Shown here piece after piece: positions 10,015 through 20,516 of a stretch of DNA of 64,000 nt; the stretch's first letter is position 1; every line of letters begins with the position of its first letter. The DNA comes from a virus, in the IMG/VR virus record IMGVR_UViG_3300033143_005193, positions 46,777 through 110,776 of that record; one strand, given 5' to 3'. Position numbers and translations under genes: made by a program. Below the pieces are notes generated by a model that ran no database searches, was not told the origin of the DNA, and was given only the letters and a program-made list of their open reading frames with translations.

Positions 10015-10834
10015 TATAGAAAACAAAATGTTTTCAAAATTATCAGAACAAATATCATTGATTGATATAACTGATAATATTAACAAAAAGGTTGATGGTA
10101 TAATATTAAAATGGATACCATTATCTCAAAATGAATTATCTATAAAACAAATTCAGTTAATAGAAAAATATGTTAAAAAAATGCCAATTATAGTTATAGA
10201 TAAATCAATGACAATTAATAGTAAAGAATATAATTGGCTCAAAAAATTTAAAGTTAAATTATATGAACCAGCTGTAAAAAATAGAGAATGTTTTAATTTT
10301 TTACCTGACTTTATTGATTTTTCTGAAATATCATTTAATAATGAAAGTAAAAAATATGATATAGCATATGAAAATGATGTTATATTGGATAATTTTGAGA
10401 AATACTATTGCTTGTTAAGTGATAAATATTCAATAAAAATTCCATGTAAAATATATAATATATCAAAGGAAAAAAAAGAAGTTTATAAAAAACTAAATAT
10501 AGATTTTGAGATACCTTTTGATTGGAAAGATGTATCAACAACTGTAGTTATTGGTACAAAAAAAGATTATAAAATAGGTAACCTAAACGTTAATTTATTT
10601 AGTAAAATTAAATATGGTTGTTTACCTTTAATACCAGAAGAACATAGATTTTTTGGTTCTTTGATGGAAACTTTAATAAAAAACCACCGTGATGTTTATT
10701 ATTATTTAGGATATGATAAAAAAATAAGATCAATATTATTGAATGATGTTTTAAAAAGATTAAAACATCATTATCCAGAATTTACAATAGAATATCAAAT
10801 AGATGAATTAACAAATTTTTTTAAAAAATCTTAA
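9998..10834 (+). CDS. Hypothetical protein (possibly glycosyltransferase-like)
   Basis: 278 aa ORF; weak GT-B-like GCLPL segment. Confidence 0.45.
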   Translation: MIGAFNIENKMFSKLSEQISLIDITDNINKKVDGIILKWIPLSQNELSIKQIQLIEKYVKKMPIIVIDKSMTINSKEYNWLKKFKVKLYEPAVKNRECFNFLPDFIDFSEISFNNESKKYDIAYENDVILDNFEKYYCLLSDKYSIKIPCKIYNISKEKKEVYKKLNIDFEIPFDWKDVSTTVVIGTKKDYKIGNLNVNLFSKIKYGCLPLIPEEHRFFGSLMETLIKNHRDVYYYLGYDKKIRSILLNDVLKRLKHHYPEFTIEYQIDELTNFFKKS

Positions 10835-10859
10835 AATATTGTGGAAAGGAATAAAAAAA

Positions 10860-11171
10860 ATGGGAAAATGTGATATAACAATTAATAAGGGACTTACAAT
10901 TAACGATGGTAATTATGAATCATTAAGACCAGATGTAAGTGTAACATTTAAAGATGTTGATGTTGAAACATTGAATTCATTCTATGAAAAAGCAGATGAT
11001 TTGGTTGGTGATTTGTTGGTATTGAATACCGCTTCCTTGAAAAATATTAAAAATGTTATAAAATATGAAAATCTTGAAAATGTTGTGAATGATATTTTAA
11101 AAAATGTTATAAAACATGAAAATCTTGAAAATGTTGTTGATGATGTTTTAAAAAATTTTGAAAAGTTATAA
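10860..11171 (+). CDS. Hypothetical protein with internal 17-aa duplication
   Basis: KNVIKYENLENVVNDIL / KNVIKHENLENVVDDVL. Confidence 0.55.
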   Translation: MGKCDITINKGLTINDGNYESLRPDVSVTFKDVDVETLNSFYEKADDLVGDLLVLNTASLKNIKNVIKYENLENVVNDILKNVIKHENLENVVDDVLKNFEKL

Positions 11172-11195
11172 AATTAATATTGTAAAAAATATAGT

Positions 11196-11858
11196 ATGAA
11201 TAAAATAAAAATCATTAAATGTGATAAAAACCCAAAAGTTCTTATAGTCACTCCTTTATTACCAAAAGATAAAATAAGCAAAGAAACAAGAAAAAGTATA
11301 AAAAAGACAAAAACATCTATATTTTGGATATCATCCTCTGGTGATAATAATATACCAACAAATGCCAGAATTGGCATAGATTGGTATAAAGAAAAATATG
11401 GTAAGTTACCACCATATTATATAATGATTGATAATGATATAATTGCCAATAAAGGAATGATTGATAAACTGGTTAGAACTTTAGATGAATGTAAAGATGA
11501 AAATGTAGCATATGCTTATGCTTCTTTTGAATTTAAAGGATATGTTAATATCAAATTTATTGCTAAAAAATTTGATGTAAAAAGACTATTGAATAATAAT
11601 TATATATCATCCAATAGTCTTATAAAAACATCTATAATTGAAAAAATAGATTTTGTTTATGATAATAAATATAAAAGGTTACTTGATTGGGCTTATTGGT
11701 TAAAACTTCTTAAAAATGGATATATAGGAATATCCTGTCCTGAAGCTCATTTTATAGCCAAATCAAGCGCTAATGATGTTTCAGCTGGATCTTCAAAAGA
11801 TTTTAATTTAAAGAGAAATAGAGTAGTAAAAGATTTTATTTTACCTATGTCAAATTAG
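11196..11858 (+). CDS. Glycosyltransferase, GT-A fold (GT2-like)
   Basis: MIDND (DxD), LDWAYWL. Confidence 0.7.
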   Translation: MNKIKIIKCDKNPKVLIVTPLLPKDKISKETRKSIKKTKTSIFWISSSGDNNIPTNARIGIDWYKEKYGKLPPYYIMIDNDIIANKGMIDKLVRTLDECKDENVAYAYASFEFKGYVNIKFIAKKFDVKRLLNNNYISSNSLIKTSIIEKIDFVYDNKYKRLLDWAYWLKLLKNGYIGISCPEAHFIAKSSANDVSAGSSKDFNLKRNRVVKDFILPMSN

Positions 11859-11985
11859 ACCAGACAAAATCATTTGAATTATTAGTCCAAACGTTAGAAT
11901 TTTCCCACTCATCTTCCATAAGATCTTCCATCAAATCTTCTGTTTCTTGAATTTCTAAAATACTATCAAGGATATCATCAAACAT
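11845..11985 (-). CDS. Small acidic protein (46 aa; not in ORF track)
   Basis: MFDDILDSILEIQETEDLMEDLMEDEWENSNVWTNNSNDFVWSNLT, AAGGA RBS. Confidence 0.5.
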   Translation of the reverse strand: MFDDILDSILEIQETEDLMEDLMEDEWENSNVWTNNSNDFVWSNLT

Positions 11986-12004
11986 TTTTCAATTCCTTTC
12001 CTTT

Positions 12005-12550
12005 TTATATTTTTATAGTTTTATATTGGTTATAATACAAATACAAAGTAATCATATCAACACATTCTTTAACATTAAAAATCTCTGTATCACATATTAT
12101 ATCAAATTCTTTTGGGTCATCAAAAGGATCTTGAATTCCGGTCATATTAGTGATTTCTCCATTCAAAGCCTTTTTATATAGACCCTTAACATCTCTTTTT
12201 ATACAAGTTTCTAAGGAAGATTTTACCCATACACCAACATAATTTTCTATACTTTTTTTATTTTCAACCCTCATTTCTTCATACGGTGTTATAACCGAAA
12301 CTATTACATTTATACCATTTCTATTTAATAAGTTACATACCCATCTTATTCTTTTGATATTATTAATTCTATCCTGTCTATTAAAACCTAAATTTGATAA
12401 ATTTTCTCTTATTTCATCACCATCCAATAATTCTACTGGTTTTTTTACGCGATCAATTAATTCTTTTGATATTGTTGTTTTTCCAGAACATGGTAAACCA
12501 AATAACCATATTGTTTTACCTGTTTTCATTAAACCATTTTGCTGTTTCAT
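12005..12550 (-). CDS. cysC: Adenylyl-sulfate kinase
   Basis: IWLFGLPCSGKTT, LLDGDEIR, RDVKGLYKKA, TGIQDP. Confidence 0.93.
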   Translation of the reverse strand: MKQQNGLMKTGKTIWLFGLPCSGKTTISKELIDRVKKPVELLDGDEIRENLSNLGFNRQDRINNIKRIRWVCNLLNRNGINVIVSVITPYEEMRVENKKSIENYVGVWVKSSLETCIKRDVKGLYKKALNGEITNMTGIQDPFDDPKEFDIICDTEIFNVKECVDMITLYLYYNQYKTIKI

Positions 12551-13454
12551 TTAAACCTTTCTCCAAATCAGTGAATTCGAATCCTTTAAAAGTGTTCATG
12601 AATTTTTTGTTATTAATAAACACATTTTTAACTTCACCTTTTCTCATTGGTTTGTAAACCAATTTTATTGTATTCTTATTATATTTATCCATTATACTTG
12701 ATAAAATATTTAAAACATTATTTATTTCATAATATTTACCAGAAGCTAATTGATATATTTCACCTTTTTTTGTTTCACTGTTAGAGAATAAATATAATGC
12801 TTTTACTAAATCTTTTACGTATATAAAATCTCTTGTTTGTTTACCATCACCATACACACAAAATTCTTTATTTTGTAATAATCTATCCATAATATATTTT
12901 GGTATTAAATTAAGTTTTTTATGAAGAGAATAGGGACCATAAACATTTGAAAATCTTAATATTGTTGTGTTCAAACCAAAAGATTTAGCAAAAGCCAAAC
13001 AATATGCTTCTCCGGCTAATTTACTGGCTGCATAAGGTGATTCTGGTTTTGCAACCATTTCTTCATGTAATAATTCTGGTTTTTCACCTAAAACAGCACC
13101 TGATGAAGCAAAAATGAATTTTTTTACATTACTCATTAATGATGCGTTTAAATAATTAAATGTACCATCTATATTATATTTCTTATCAAGTTTTGGGTTT
13201 TTCAAAGAAGGAATAACACCTGAATTTGCAGCAAGATGTATAACAACATCAACATTTTTACATAACTTCATTGCAAGAATATCATTAGATATATCATCAT
13301 TTATAAAATTAATTTTTTCGCTTTTTATATAATCATCTGTTTTAAAAAGTAAATTATCGATTACAGTTATTTTACTGGCTTTATCTTTTTTTAATATATA
13401 ATTAATTAAATTGGAACCAATAAAACCAGCACCACCAGTTATTAAATAATGCAT
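12516..13454 (-). CDS. NAD-dependent sugar epimerase/dehydratase
   Basis: TGGAGFIG, YAASK, DGKQTRDF. Confidence 0.9.
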   Translation of the reverse strand: MHYLITGGAGFIGSNLINYILKKDKASKITVIDNLLFKTDDYIKSEKINFINDDISNDILAMKLCKNVDVVIHLAANSGVIPSLKNPKLDKKYNIDGTFNYLNASLMSNVKKFIFASSGAVLGEKPELLHEEMVAKPESPYAASKLAGEAYCLAFAKSFGLNTTILRFSNVYGPYSLHKKLNLIPKYIMDRLLQNKEFCVYGDGKQTRDFIYVKDLVKALYLFSNSETKKGEIYQLASGKYYEINNVLNILSSIMDKYNKNTIKLVYKPMRKGEVKNVFINNKKFMNTFKGFEFTDLEKGLNETAKWFNENR

Positions 13455-13455
13455 T

Positions 13456-14328
13456 TTAACGCTTCCTTTTCATATTGTAAATTAAATTTATAGCCGGTTT
13501 CACATCATCTATACCAAAACCATTACCATTTAAAATGTCTTTATATACTGAAATATGAAGATCTTCAAAAACATCATCAAATCTTATTTTTTCATTATCT
13601 ATTTTTAATTCTCTATATTTTTTACCTTCAGGGGCATATTTTTTATTTGTTGATAAAAACCATTCTATCCAAGCGTTTTCCATTTTAATAAAACCTGAAG
13701 CTAAATCTTTTTCATATTTTTCTAGGGAAAACTTTTTAATATCTGTATCAAATAACCATAATAATAAATCAAAAAAATGAATACCAATATTTATCATTAT
13801 ACCACCAGATTTTTCTTCTATTCCTTTCCAAGAATAATCATACCATAAACCTCTTGGTGTTATATAAGTTAATTTTACATCATAATGTTTGTCTTTTTTT
13901 ATTCTTTTCTTTAGATTTATTAAAGAAGGATGAAGTCTAAGTTGAAGAACATTATAAATTTTTTTACCTGTTTCCTTTTCTACTATTTTTAATTGATCAA
14001 GATTCCAAGGATTTACTGATAATGGTTTTTCACAAATAACATCAGCATTGGATCTTAAACCCAATCTACAATGAGAATCATGAAGATAATTTGGGGTACA
14101 AACTACTAAGTAATCTATTCCTTCATCTTTTTTTCTTAAAAGTTCCAAATGTCTTTCGAATCTTTCAGTTTCGGTAAAAAAACTAGCTTCTGGAAAATAA
14201 CTATCTATTACACCAACAGAATCAGATATATCCATAGCAGCGACAAGTTTATTACCAGTTTCTTTTATAGCTTTCATGTGTCGTGGTGCAACATATCCAG
14301 CTGCACCTATTAATGCAAATTTTTTCAT
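13456..14328 (-). CDS. wbpB: Gfo/Idh/MocA oxidoreductase, WbpB-like sugar 3-dehydrogenase
   Basis: FALIGAAGYVAPRHMKAI, PNYLHDSH, CEKPL, NIGIHFFD. Confidence 0.88.
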   Translation of the reverse strand: MKKFALIGAAGYVAPRHMKAIKETGNKLVAAMDISDSVGVIDSYFPEASFFTETERFERHLELLRKKDEGIDYLVVCTPNYLHDSHCRLGLRSNADVICEKPLSVNPWNLDQLKIVEKETGKKIYNVLQLRLHPSLINLKKRIKKDKHYDVKLTYITPRGLWYDYSWKGIEEKSGGIMINIGIHFFDLLLWLFDTDIKKFSLEKYEKDLASGFIKMENAWIEWFLSTNKKYAPEGKKYRELKIDNEKIRFDDVFEDLHISVYKDILNGNGFGIDDVKPAINLIYNMKRKR

Positions 14329-14750
14329 TTCATTGGCCTCGCGGGATTTCCAATAACTTTTTCATTTTCTTTTATATCTTTTGTTACAACGGAACCAGCT
14401 GCAATAAAACAATTTTTTCCTAGTTTTATACCTGGCAAAATTGTTACACTACCACCAATAGTTACATTATCCTCAACAATAATTTTCATCCAATATTTTC
14501 CTTTAGATGGTGGATATTTATCATTAAGAAATGTCGTGTTTGGTCCAATAAAAACATTGTTTCCTATTTCTACACCAGATGGTATAAAAACAAATGATTG
14601 GATTTTACAATTATCACCTATTATAACATCTTTACATATTTCGACAAAATTACTTATTTTTACATTGTTTCCTATTTTACAATTATATAAGTTTATAAGG
14701 TTTTCATCATATATTATTAAATTTTCACCTATTATACAATCTTTTATCAT
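14325..14750 (-). CDS. Hexapeptide N-acetyltransferase, WbpD-like
   Basis: NCKIQSFVFIP, FLNDKYP, GNPAR. Confidence 0.8.
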   Translation of the reverse strand: MIKDCIIGENLIIYDENLINLYNCKIGNNVKISNFVEICKDVIIGDNCKIQSFVFIPSGVEIGNNVFIGPNTTFLNDKYPPSKGKYWMKIIVEDNVTIGGSVTILPGIKLGKNCFIAAGSVVTKDIKENEKVIGNPARPMK

Positions 14751-15634
14751 AGAAAACTCTCTATATGTTTATATAATTGTTTTATTCTTATGTTATCAGT
14801 ATGTTTTTCTTCTATTTCATTTCTCGCATTTTTTGACATTTCAATAGCTAATTCTCTATTAAATAATACTTTTCTTGTGTTTTTGACTATATCTGTCATA
14901 TCTTCATTGTATGTTATATAACAATCTGTTTTAAAAAGTGTTTTTTCGTTTTCATTGAGTGAATTTATTAAAGGAATTGAACCACTTGCCATGATTTCAA
15001 ATGTTTTAGCATGAATAGAATTTTTTTCAGCAGATGATAACATACAAACATATTTTCTTAATATTTCTGGATATTCACTTAAAACTCTACCATGATCTTT
15101 TAATAAATTACTTTTATACAATACTTCTATAGCTTTTTTTCTTATTTTATAAGTATTGGTGCAAGTACCAGCAAAACCAACTTTTTTTATTTTATTATCA
15201 AAATTTTCTATTGGATAAAATTCACTAGTATCAGCTGACCATGGCAACCATATTGTAGGAATACCTAATTTTATTCTATATTTTTCAGGAATATATCCTC
15301 TATAAAAAATAACATCAAAATCATTATTTTCATAAAAATCAAATCTATTTTTTTCTATTATTTTCCAAAAATCAACAGCAATAATTATTTTCAAACAAGG
15401 TAAATTCTTAAAAAAACCATTAAGAAGATCATGTTGAGAATGGCACATAATTACGTCTGGTTTGTATTTTTCATATAAATCTTTTGGTTGTACCAGAAGC
15501 TTATTATTTTTCTTATCAAAAGCTTCTATTATATTAAATTTATTACATAAAGGCCCTATTTTCCTAATAAAATCAATATTAATTCTACTGTTATAGAGAT
15601 TTTTATTTTTTTTAGTTATTAAAATAATTTTCAC
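14747..15634 (-). CDS. Glycosyltransferase (CgeB-like)
   Basis: FAG, KTFEIMASG, C-terminal HT..R. Confidence 0.7.
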   Translation of the reverse strand: MKIILITKKNKNLYNSRINIDFIRKIGPLCNKFNIIEAFDKKNNKLLVQPKDLYEKYKPDVIMCHSQHDLLNGFFKNLPCLKIIIAVDFWKIIEKNRFDFYENNDFDVIFYRGYIPEKYRIKLGIPTIWLPWSADTSEFYPIENFDNKIKKVGFAGTCTNTYKIRKKAIEVLYKSNLLKDHGRVLSEYPEILRKYVCMLSSAEKNSIHAKTFEIMASGSIPLINSLNENEKTLFKTDCYITYNEDMTDIVKNTRKVLFNRELAIEMSKNARNEIEEKHTDNIRIKQLYKHIESFL

Positions 15635-16247
15635 GTTTTATCACAGCTGGACACCCAGCAACCATTACATTATCAGGAACATCTTTTGTAACAACAGAAC
15701 CAGCAGCAATGATACTGTTTTTTCCTATTTTTATATTTGGAATAATTACACTTCCTGTAAAAATATATGAATATCTACCAACAGTTACACCACCTGCCAT
15801 TTTAACACCTGGTGCTATATTAACAAAATCATCTATAATACAATCATGTTCTATACTAACACCAGAATGTATCATACAAAAACAACCAATATCAGAATAA
15901 GGGCCAATGTTAGCAAATGGATTTATCAAAACACCTTGTCTAATAAAAGAAGATTTTGATATACTTGCTCTTATAGAAATAAATTTTGGATATATTATGC
16001 TTTTTTCTTTTTTAAAAAGATCTATATATATATATTCCTTCTTTATATTATTACCATTTGATATAAAAACTTTACAATTTTCAGTTGGTTGAAATTCTTT
16101 CAAATCATTGATTTTTATAAATCCAATAGATTTTCCTATTTTTTTCTTATTATCACTGTAAATATTAATATTTTTATAACTATTAGAATTAGTCATATCT
16201 AAAACATATTTAGCTTGAGCACCAGCACCAATTATATTAAGACTCAT
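15612..16247 (-). CDS. Sugar acetyltransferase, PglD/NeuD-like
   Basis: IIGAGAQA, IEHDC, hexapeptide repeats, GCPA. Confidence 0.85.
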   Translation of the reverse strand: MSLNIIGAGAQAKYVLDMTNSNSYKNINIYSDNKKKIGKSIGFIKINDLKEFQPTENCKVFISNGNNIKKEYIYIDLFKKEKSIIYPKFISIRASISKSSFIRQGVLINPFANIGPYSDIGCFCMIHSGVSIEHDCIIDDFVNIAPGVKMAGGVTVGRYSYIFTGSVIIPNIKIGKNSIIAAGSVVTKDVPDNVMVAGCPAVIKRENYFNN

Positions 16248-16257
16248 TCAATCCCTC

Positions 16258-17346
16258 CTAGAAAGAATTTACTACATCAATAATTCTATTAAGATCTTTT
16301 GTTGATAGATTTGGATGATTTGGTAGTCCAACAACTCTTTTACTGAAATGTTCAGCTCTCGGATGTAAAATACTATCATATTTTTTCTTAAATATAGGTT
16401 GTTTATATAATGGTTCATTATATCTATGCCTGAATCCAATACCATTTTCCTTCAAGTGTTTCAGAAAATCATCTCTTTCATCATATATTGTAATAACAGG
16501 ACACCAAAAGAAAACACATTCCTTGTTAGTTTCTATTATGTCCTTATAAAGAGGCATTACCTTTGTAGATTTTATGTTATTGTAAATATATAAGGAATTT
16601 TCAAATCTTTTTTCATTAAAAGAATCAAGTTTTTTCAACTGTTCTAATCCAATAACACCAGATACTTCATTCATTCTATAATTATATCCTAAATAAGTAT
16701 GAGTGTGTCTATCAGTCATACCATGAGATCTTATTTGTTTCAATCTTTCATACATTTCTTTACTGTTTGTAGTAATCATACCACCCTCTATAGTGGTCAT
16801 ATTTTTAGTAGCGAAAAATGAAAAACAACCAGCATTACCAAAAGAACCTACTGTTTTTCCATCAATTTTGGCCCCATGAGCTTGAGCACAATCTTCTATA
16901 ACAACAAGACCATATTTTTTAGCAATATTCATTATTTTATCCATATCACATGGCATACCAAAATAATGAACAGGCATAATAATCTTTGTATTTTCAGTTA
17001 TATGCTGTTCAATATCATCAGCGTTTATATTACATTCATCATTAACATCAACAAAAATTGGATCAGCATTTCTCATCAAAATAGGTGAAATTGTTGCAAA
17101 AAATGTCATGGACGGAACAATAACTTCATTACCCCATTCAATATTGTAATAAATAAGAGCCAAATGAATAGCAGCTGTTCCAGAATTACATGCAACAGCA
17201 TATTTTGTTCCAACATAATCGGCAAATTTCTTTTCAAATTGATCAACATATTTACCTGATGTATAATTTCCAGAAATTAATACTTCCCTAACTTTAGCGA
17301 GTTCTTCTTCATGAAGAATAGGCATAGATACTTTAATATTTTCCAT
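16258..17346 (-). CDS. DegT/DnrJ/EryC1 sugar aminotransferase (WbpE-like)
   Basis: NSGTAAIH, IEDCAQAHG, SFFATKNMTTIEGG, GYNYRM. Confidence 0.92.
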   Translation of the reverse strand: MENIKVSMPILHEEELAKVREVLISGNYTSGKYVDQFEKKFADYVGTKYAVACNSGTAAIHLALIYYNIEWGNEVIVPSMTFFATISPILMRNADPIFVDVNDECNINADDIEQHITENTKIIMPVHYFGMPCDMDKIMNIAKKYGLVVIEDCAQAHGAKIDGKTVGSFGNAGCFSFFATKNMTTIEGGMITTNSKEMYERLKQIRSHGMTDRHTHTYLGYNYRMNEVSGVIGLEQLKKLDSFNEKRFENSLYIYNNIKSTKVMPLYKDIIETNKECVFFWCPVITIYDERDDFLKHLKENGIGFRHRYNEPLYKQPIFKKKYDSILHPRAEHFSKRVVGLPNHPNLSTKDLNRIIDVVNSF

Positions 17347-18295
17347 TTTCTTCCTCCAATATATAATCAAACAATTTTTCTAAACCATCTTTCATTTTCG
17401 TTCTTTTCTTATTTTTTAAAATACCATCAATTTTTTCATTTGATATTTTTAAATCTCTAGCTTTTACTTCATTTGATTCTTGTTGAAATTCAACAGAAAT
17501 ATTTTTTCCAATTTTCTTTTTAGTTAAATTTTGAATTTTTCTAATAATTTCTCTAATAGTAAATTCATCAGGCCCTGATATATTGAATATTTCACCTGAT
17601 AAACTTCTTTCATTTTTCATAATATCATATATCTCAAGATATGTATCTATTAAATCTTCGATCCACAGAAAATTTCTTTTTTGGTTTCCATCACCAAATA
17701 CGTTTATTGGCTCGTTTCTAATAGATTTTCTAATAAAATTATGGATGGCTGAATCATATTTCATAGATGGTGAAGGACCATATATTGTAGATTGTCTTAA
17801 AATAACGGTTGGTACACCAAATGATCTATAATATGATTGACAAAAAAGCTCAGAAGATCTTTTCATAACACCATAATCGTTTACAGGTTTTATGGGATGG
17901 TTTTCATCTAATGGAAGATAAATAGGATTACCATATAAAGCAACTATAGAGGAAGAAAATAAAAATCCAGAAATATCAATATCTTTTACACCTTCTAAAA
18001 GAAGTCGAGTTGATAAAGTATTGATTTCTAGTCCTTTTTTTATATTTTTTGAACATTCTCTAACATTTGATAAAGCTGATAAATGATAAACAAAATCAAC
18101 ACCTTCCAAAAAGTTTGATATATCTTTTTCGTTTAAAACACTGCCTCTTATTACTGTAATATCTTTATTTATTTCTTGATCATTTTTTAATTTGTTATCT
18201 ATTACTTTTACATTATATCCTTTTGATAAAGCTTTTTCAGCTAATGCCATGCCTATATATCCAAGACCGCCAGTTATTCCAATTGTATTAGTCAT
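17333..18295 (-). CDS. NAD-dependent sugar epimerase/dehydratase
   Basis: TGGLGYIG, YGVMK, GDGNQKRNF. Confidence 0.85.
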   Translation of the reverse strand: MTNTIGITGGLGYIGMALAEKALSKGYNVKVIDNKLKNDQEINKDITVIRGSVLNEKDISNFLEGVDFVYHLSALSNVRECSKNIKKGLEINTLSTRLLLEGVKDIDISGFLFSSSIVALYGNPIYLPLDENHPIKPVNDYGVMKRSSELFCQSYYRSFGVPTVILRQSTIYGPSPSMKYDSAIHNFIRKSIRNEPINVFGDGNQKRNFLWIEDLIDTYLEIYDIMKNERSLSGEIFNISGPDEFTIREIIRKIQNLTKKKIGKNISVEFQQESNEVKARDLKISNEKIDGILKNKKRTKMKDGLEKLFDYILEEENGKY

Positions 18296-18615
18296 TTATT
18301 ATTACTCCTTTGTCGTCTTCTAGCTTTATCCCTTGCTTTATCTAAATTATGTTCGTAATTCATTTCTTTCAAAAAAGCTTCTTTGTCTCCGCCTTTATAT
18401 TCGAACAATTTTCTTGCAATTTTTTTACCCATAATATAGGCTTCTTGAAGAAGATCTATTATCTTTTCTCTTTTTTCTTCATCCGGTAATTCTATAACTT
18501 CATCATATATTTCTCTATGAACTTCGCAAATTGATCTAAATTTAGATGAAACAGGATCGCTTATTTTATTTTTTTCAAAATCTACTTCCTTTTTAATATT
18601 ATTCTTTTTTGTCAT
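18292..18615 (-). CDS. Hypothetical protein
   Basis: Coupled ORF in operon. Confidence 0.55.
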   Translation of the reverse strand: MTKKNNIKKEVDFEKNKISDPVSSKFRSICEVHREIYDEVIELPDEEKREKIIDLLQEAYIMGKKIARKLFEYKGGDKEAFLKEMNYEHNLDKARDKARRRQRSNNK

Positions 18616-19501
18616 AATTTTCCTCATAATATTCTATAGTATCTCTTAAACCATAATCAAAATCATTCATAAATTCAAATCCAATTTTTTTTAGTTCATC
18701 ATTGGAAATATCATCAAAATTCATAACTTCATCGGGTCTCTGTGGTTCATATTTTATAAGAGATTGTTTTTTCATAATATTATATATTTTATAAGCTAAT
18801 TCTTTTATATTTATTTTAAAATCAGAAACACAATTAAATATTTTACCGTTTGTTGAATCATTTTCAGATATTAAAAGATTGGCTTTTACTATATCCGAAA
18901 CATGAGTGAATCGTCTTTCTTGTAATCCAGATCCTTGTATTATAATTGGAATATTATTTAAAATATTTGTTGTGAATTTTGGTATTACTCCAAGCTCTGA
19001 TTGTCTTTTACCATATACATGAAAATATCTTATTATACTATAATTAAAATCTGGATAATAACACTTGAAAGCATTTAAATAAGCTTCTGCTGAATATTTT
19101 GTAACACCATAAAATGACTTAGGATTTCCATTACAGACAGACCCAGTGGAGGCATAAATAACTTTTCTGACACCCATTTTTCTTGAAGCTTCAAATACAC
19201 ACCACGATCCTCTTGAATTTGTCATAAGATCTTCCAATGGATTATTTCTACATACTAAACACTTAGAAGCAGCATTATGAAATACAGTATCAACATCTTT
19301 AAAATAAGGTAATATTTTGTCATAATTGTAGATACTTTCATTAACAAAAGTACAGGTTTTCGGATTCCACCAATCTTTTAAATTATCTTTATTACCATTT
19401 ATAAAATTGTCTATACAGATAATTTCATGTCCCTGTTTACATAGAGTTTCGCATATATGACTTCCTATAAAACCAGCACCGCCTGTTATTAAATATTTCA
19501 T
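18599..19501 (-). CDS. NAD-dependent sugar epimerase/dehydratase
   Basis: TGGAGFIGSH, YGVTK. Confidence 0.85.
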   Translation of the reverse strand: MKYLITGGAGFIGSHICETLCKQGHEIICIDNFINGNKDNLKDWWNPKTCTFVNESIYNYDKILPYFKDVDTVFHNAASKCLVCRNNPLEDLMTNSRGSWCVFEASRKMGVRKVIYASTGSVCNGNPKSFYGVTKYSAEAYLNAFKCYYPDFNYSIIRYFHVYGKRQSELGVIPKFTTNILNNIPIIIQGSGLQERRFTHVSDIVKANLLISENDSTNGKIFNCVSDFKINIKELAYKIYNIMKKQSLIKYEPQRPDEVMNFDDISNDELKKIGFEFMNDFDYGLRDTIEYYEENYDKKE

Positions 19502-20493
19502 ATTAGATCCTTATATACTTTATTCCATAATCTTTCAGAAGTTGGAATAAATCCATGTTTTTTCTCAGCCCATCTTCTGGACTTCTTTTTTTCTTCTATT
19601 ATCTTATCTCTATTATATTGAATTATTTTAATAATTTGATCTTTTAATTGTTTTTTATTGTTTGCTATGTTTAAAGCATTATTACCATATTCTTTTTTAT
19701 AAATATCATTATATAATGAATTAGTTATAACAATTTTTCCAAGTGCGGCTGCTTCAAGAGCAGTATTACCCCATTCGCCAAATTTTATTCCCTTAAAAGA
19801 AGGTTTCAATGTTTCTATTATAACATCACATTTTTTGAACTTTTTTAAATGTTCCAACCAAGGTTCTATTTTTTTATTTATATCTCTTGTTCCAATATAT
19901 TGGAACAATTTATTATATTTTTTATCATTTTCGATTTCTTTTATTATTTCTAAAATTTCCTTAGTTCCTTTAGTTTTTGGATTTGATGGAAAATGACCTA
20001 TAATAACTTTCTCATTATTATTATATTCAGGCTGTAGAAATTCTGTATCTACTGGATAATATATAAGATGTTCATTTTTCGCACCATATCCCAAAAGAGC
20101 TGGATATTGCATAATAGTAGCATCTACTATTTTATTAAAAAAAGAATTACATTTTTTTCTCGTGTTTGTGTTTATATATGGACGACCGCCATATTGAATA
20201 ACTAATTTCTTTTTTGATAAATCTATTCCTGTATCAACATAAGTACCAGCTATAAAATGAATTATTTTTGATTCAGAAGCTAAATCCTTTAATTCTTCGC
20301 TTTTAAAGGAAAGTGGTGGGTATAATGGGGATTTAATTCTATACATATTACAAAGAATTGCTTGTTCTGTATAATCAAAATGGGAAATTCCTTTAAATAT
20401 TTTAACATTTAATCCAAGTAATTCCAGGCATTTGCTGAATCTCCAACCAGTATTGGCGAGATCTTTATAAGTTACCATTAAAACATCATTCAT
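19498..20493 (-). CDS. Glycosyltransferase, GT-B fold
   Basis: HFPSN-KTKGT, WGNTALEAAALGK. Confidence 0.75.
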   Translation of the reverse strand: MNDVLMVTYKDLANTGWRFSKCLELLGLNVKIFKGISHFDYTEQAILCNMYRIKSPLYPPLSFKSEELKDLASESKIIHFIAGTYVDTGIDLSKKKLVIQYGGRPYINTNTRKKCNSFFNKIVDATIMQYPALLGYGAKNEHLIYYPVDTEFLQPEYNNNEKVIIGHFPSNPKTKGTKEILEIIKEIENDKKYNKLFQYIGTRDINKKIEPWLEHLKKFKKCDVIIETLKPSFKGIKFGEWGNTALEAAALGKIVITNSLYNDIYKKEYGNNALNIANNKKQLKDQIIKIIQYNRDKIIEEKKKSRRWAEKKHGFIPTSERLWNKVYKDLI

Positions 20494-20516
20494 GATTATT
20501 TTTGCCCATATTAAAT

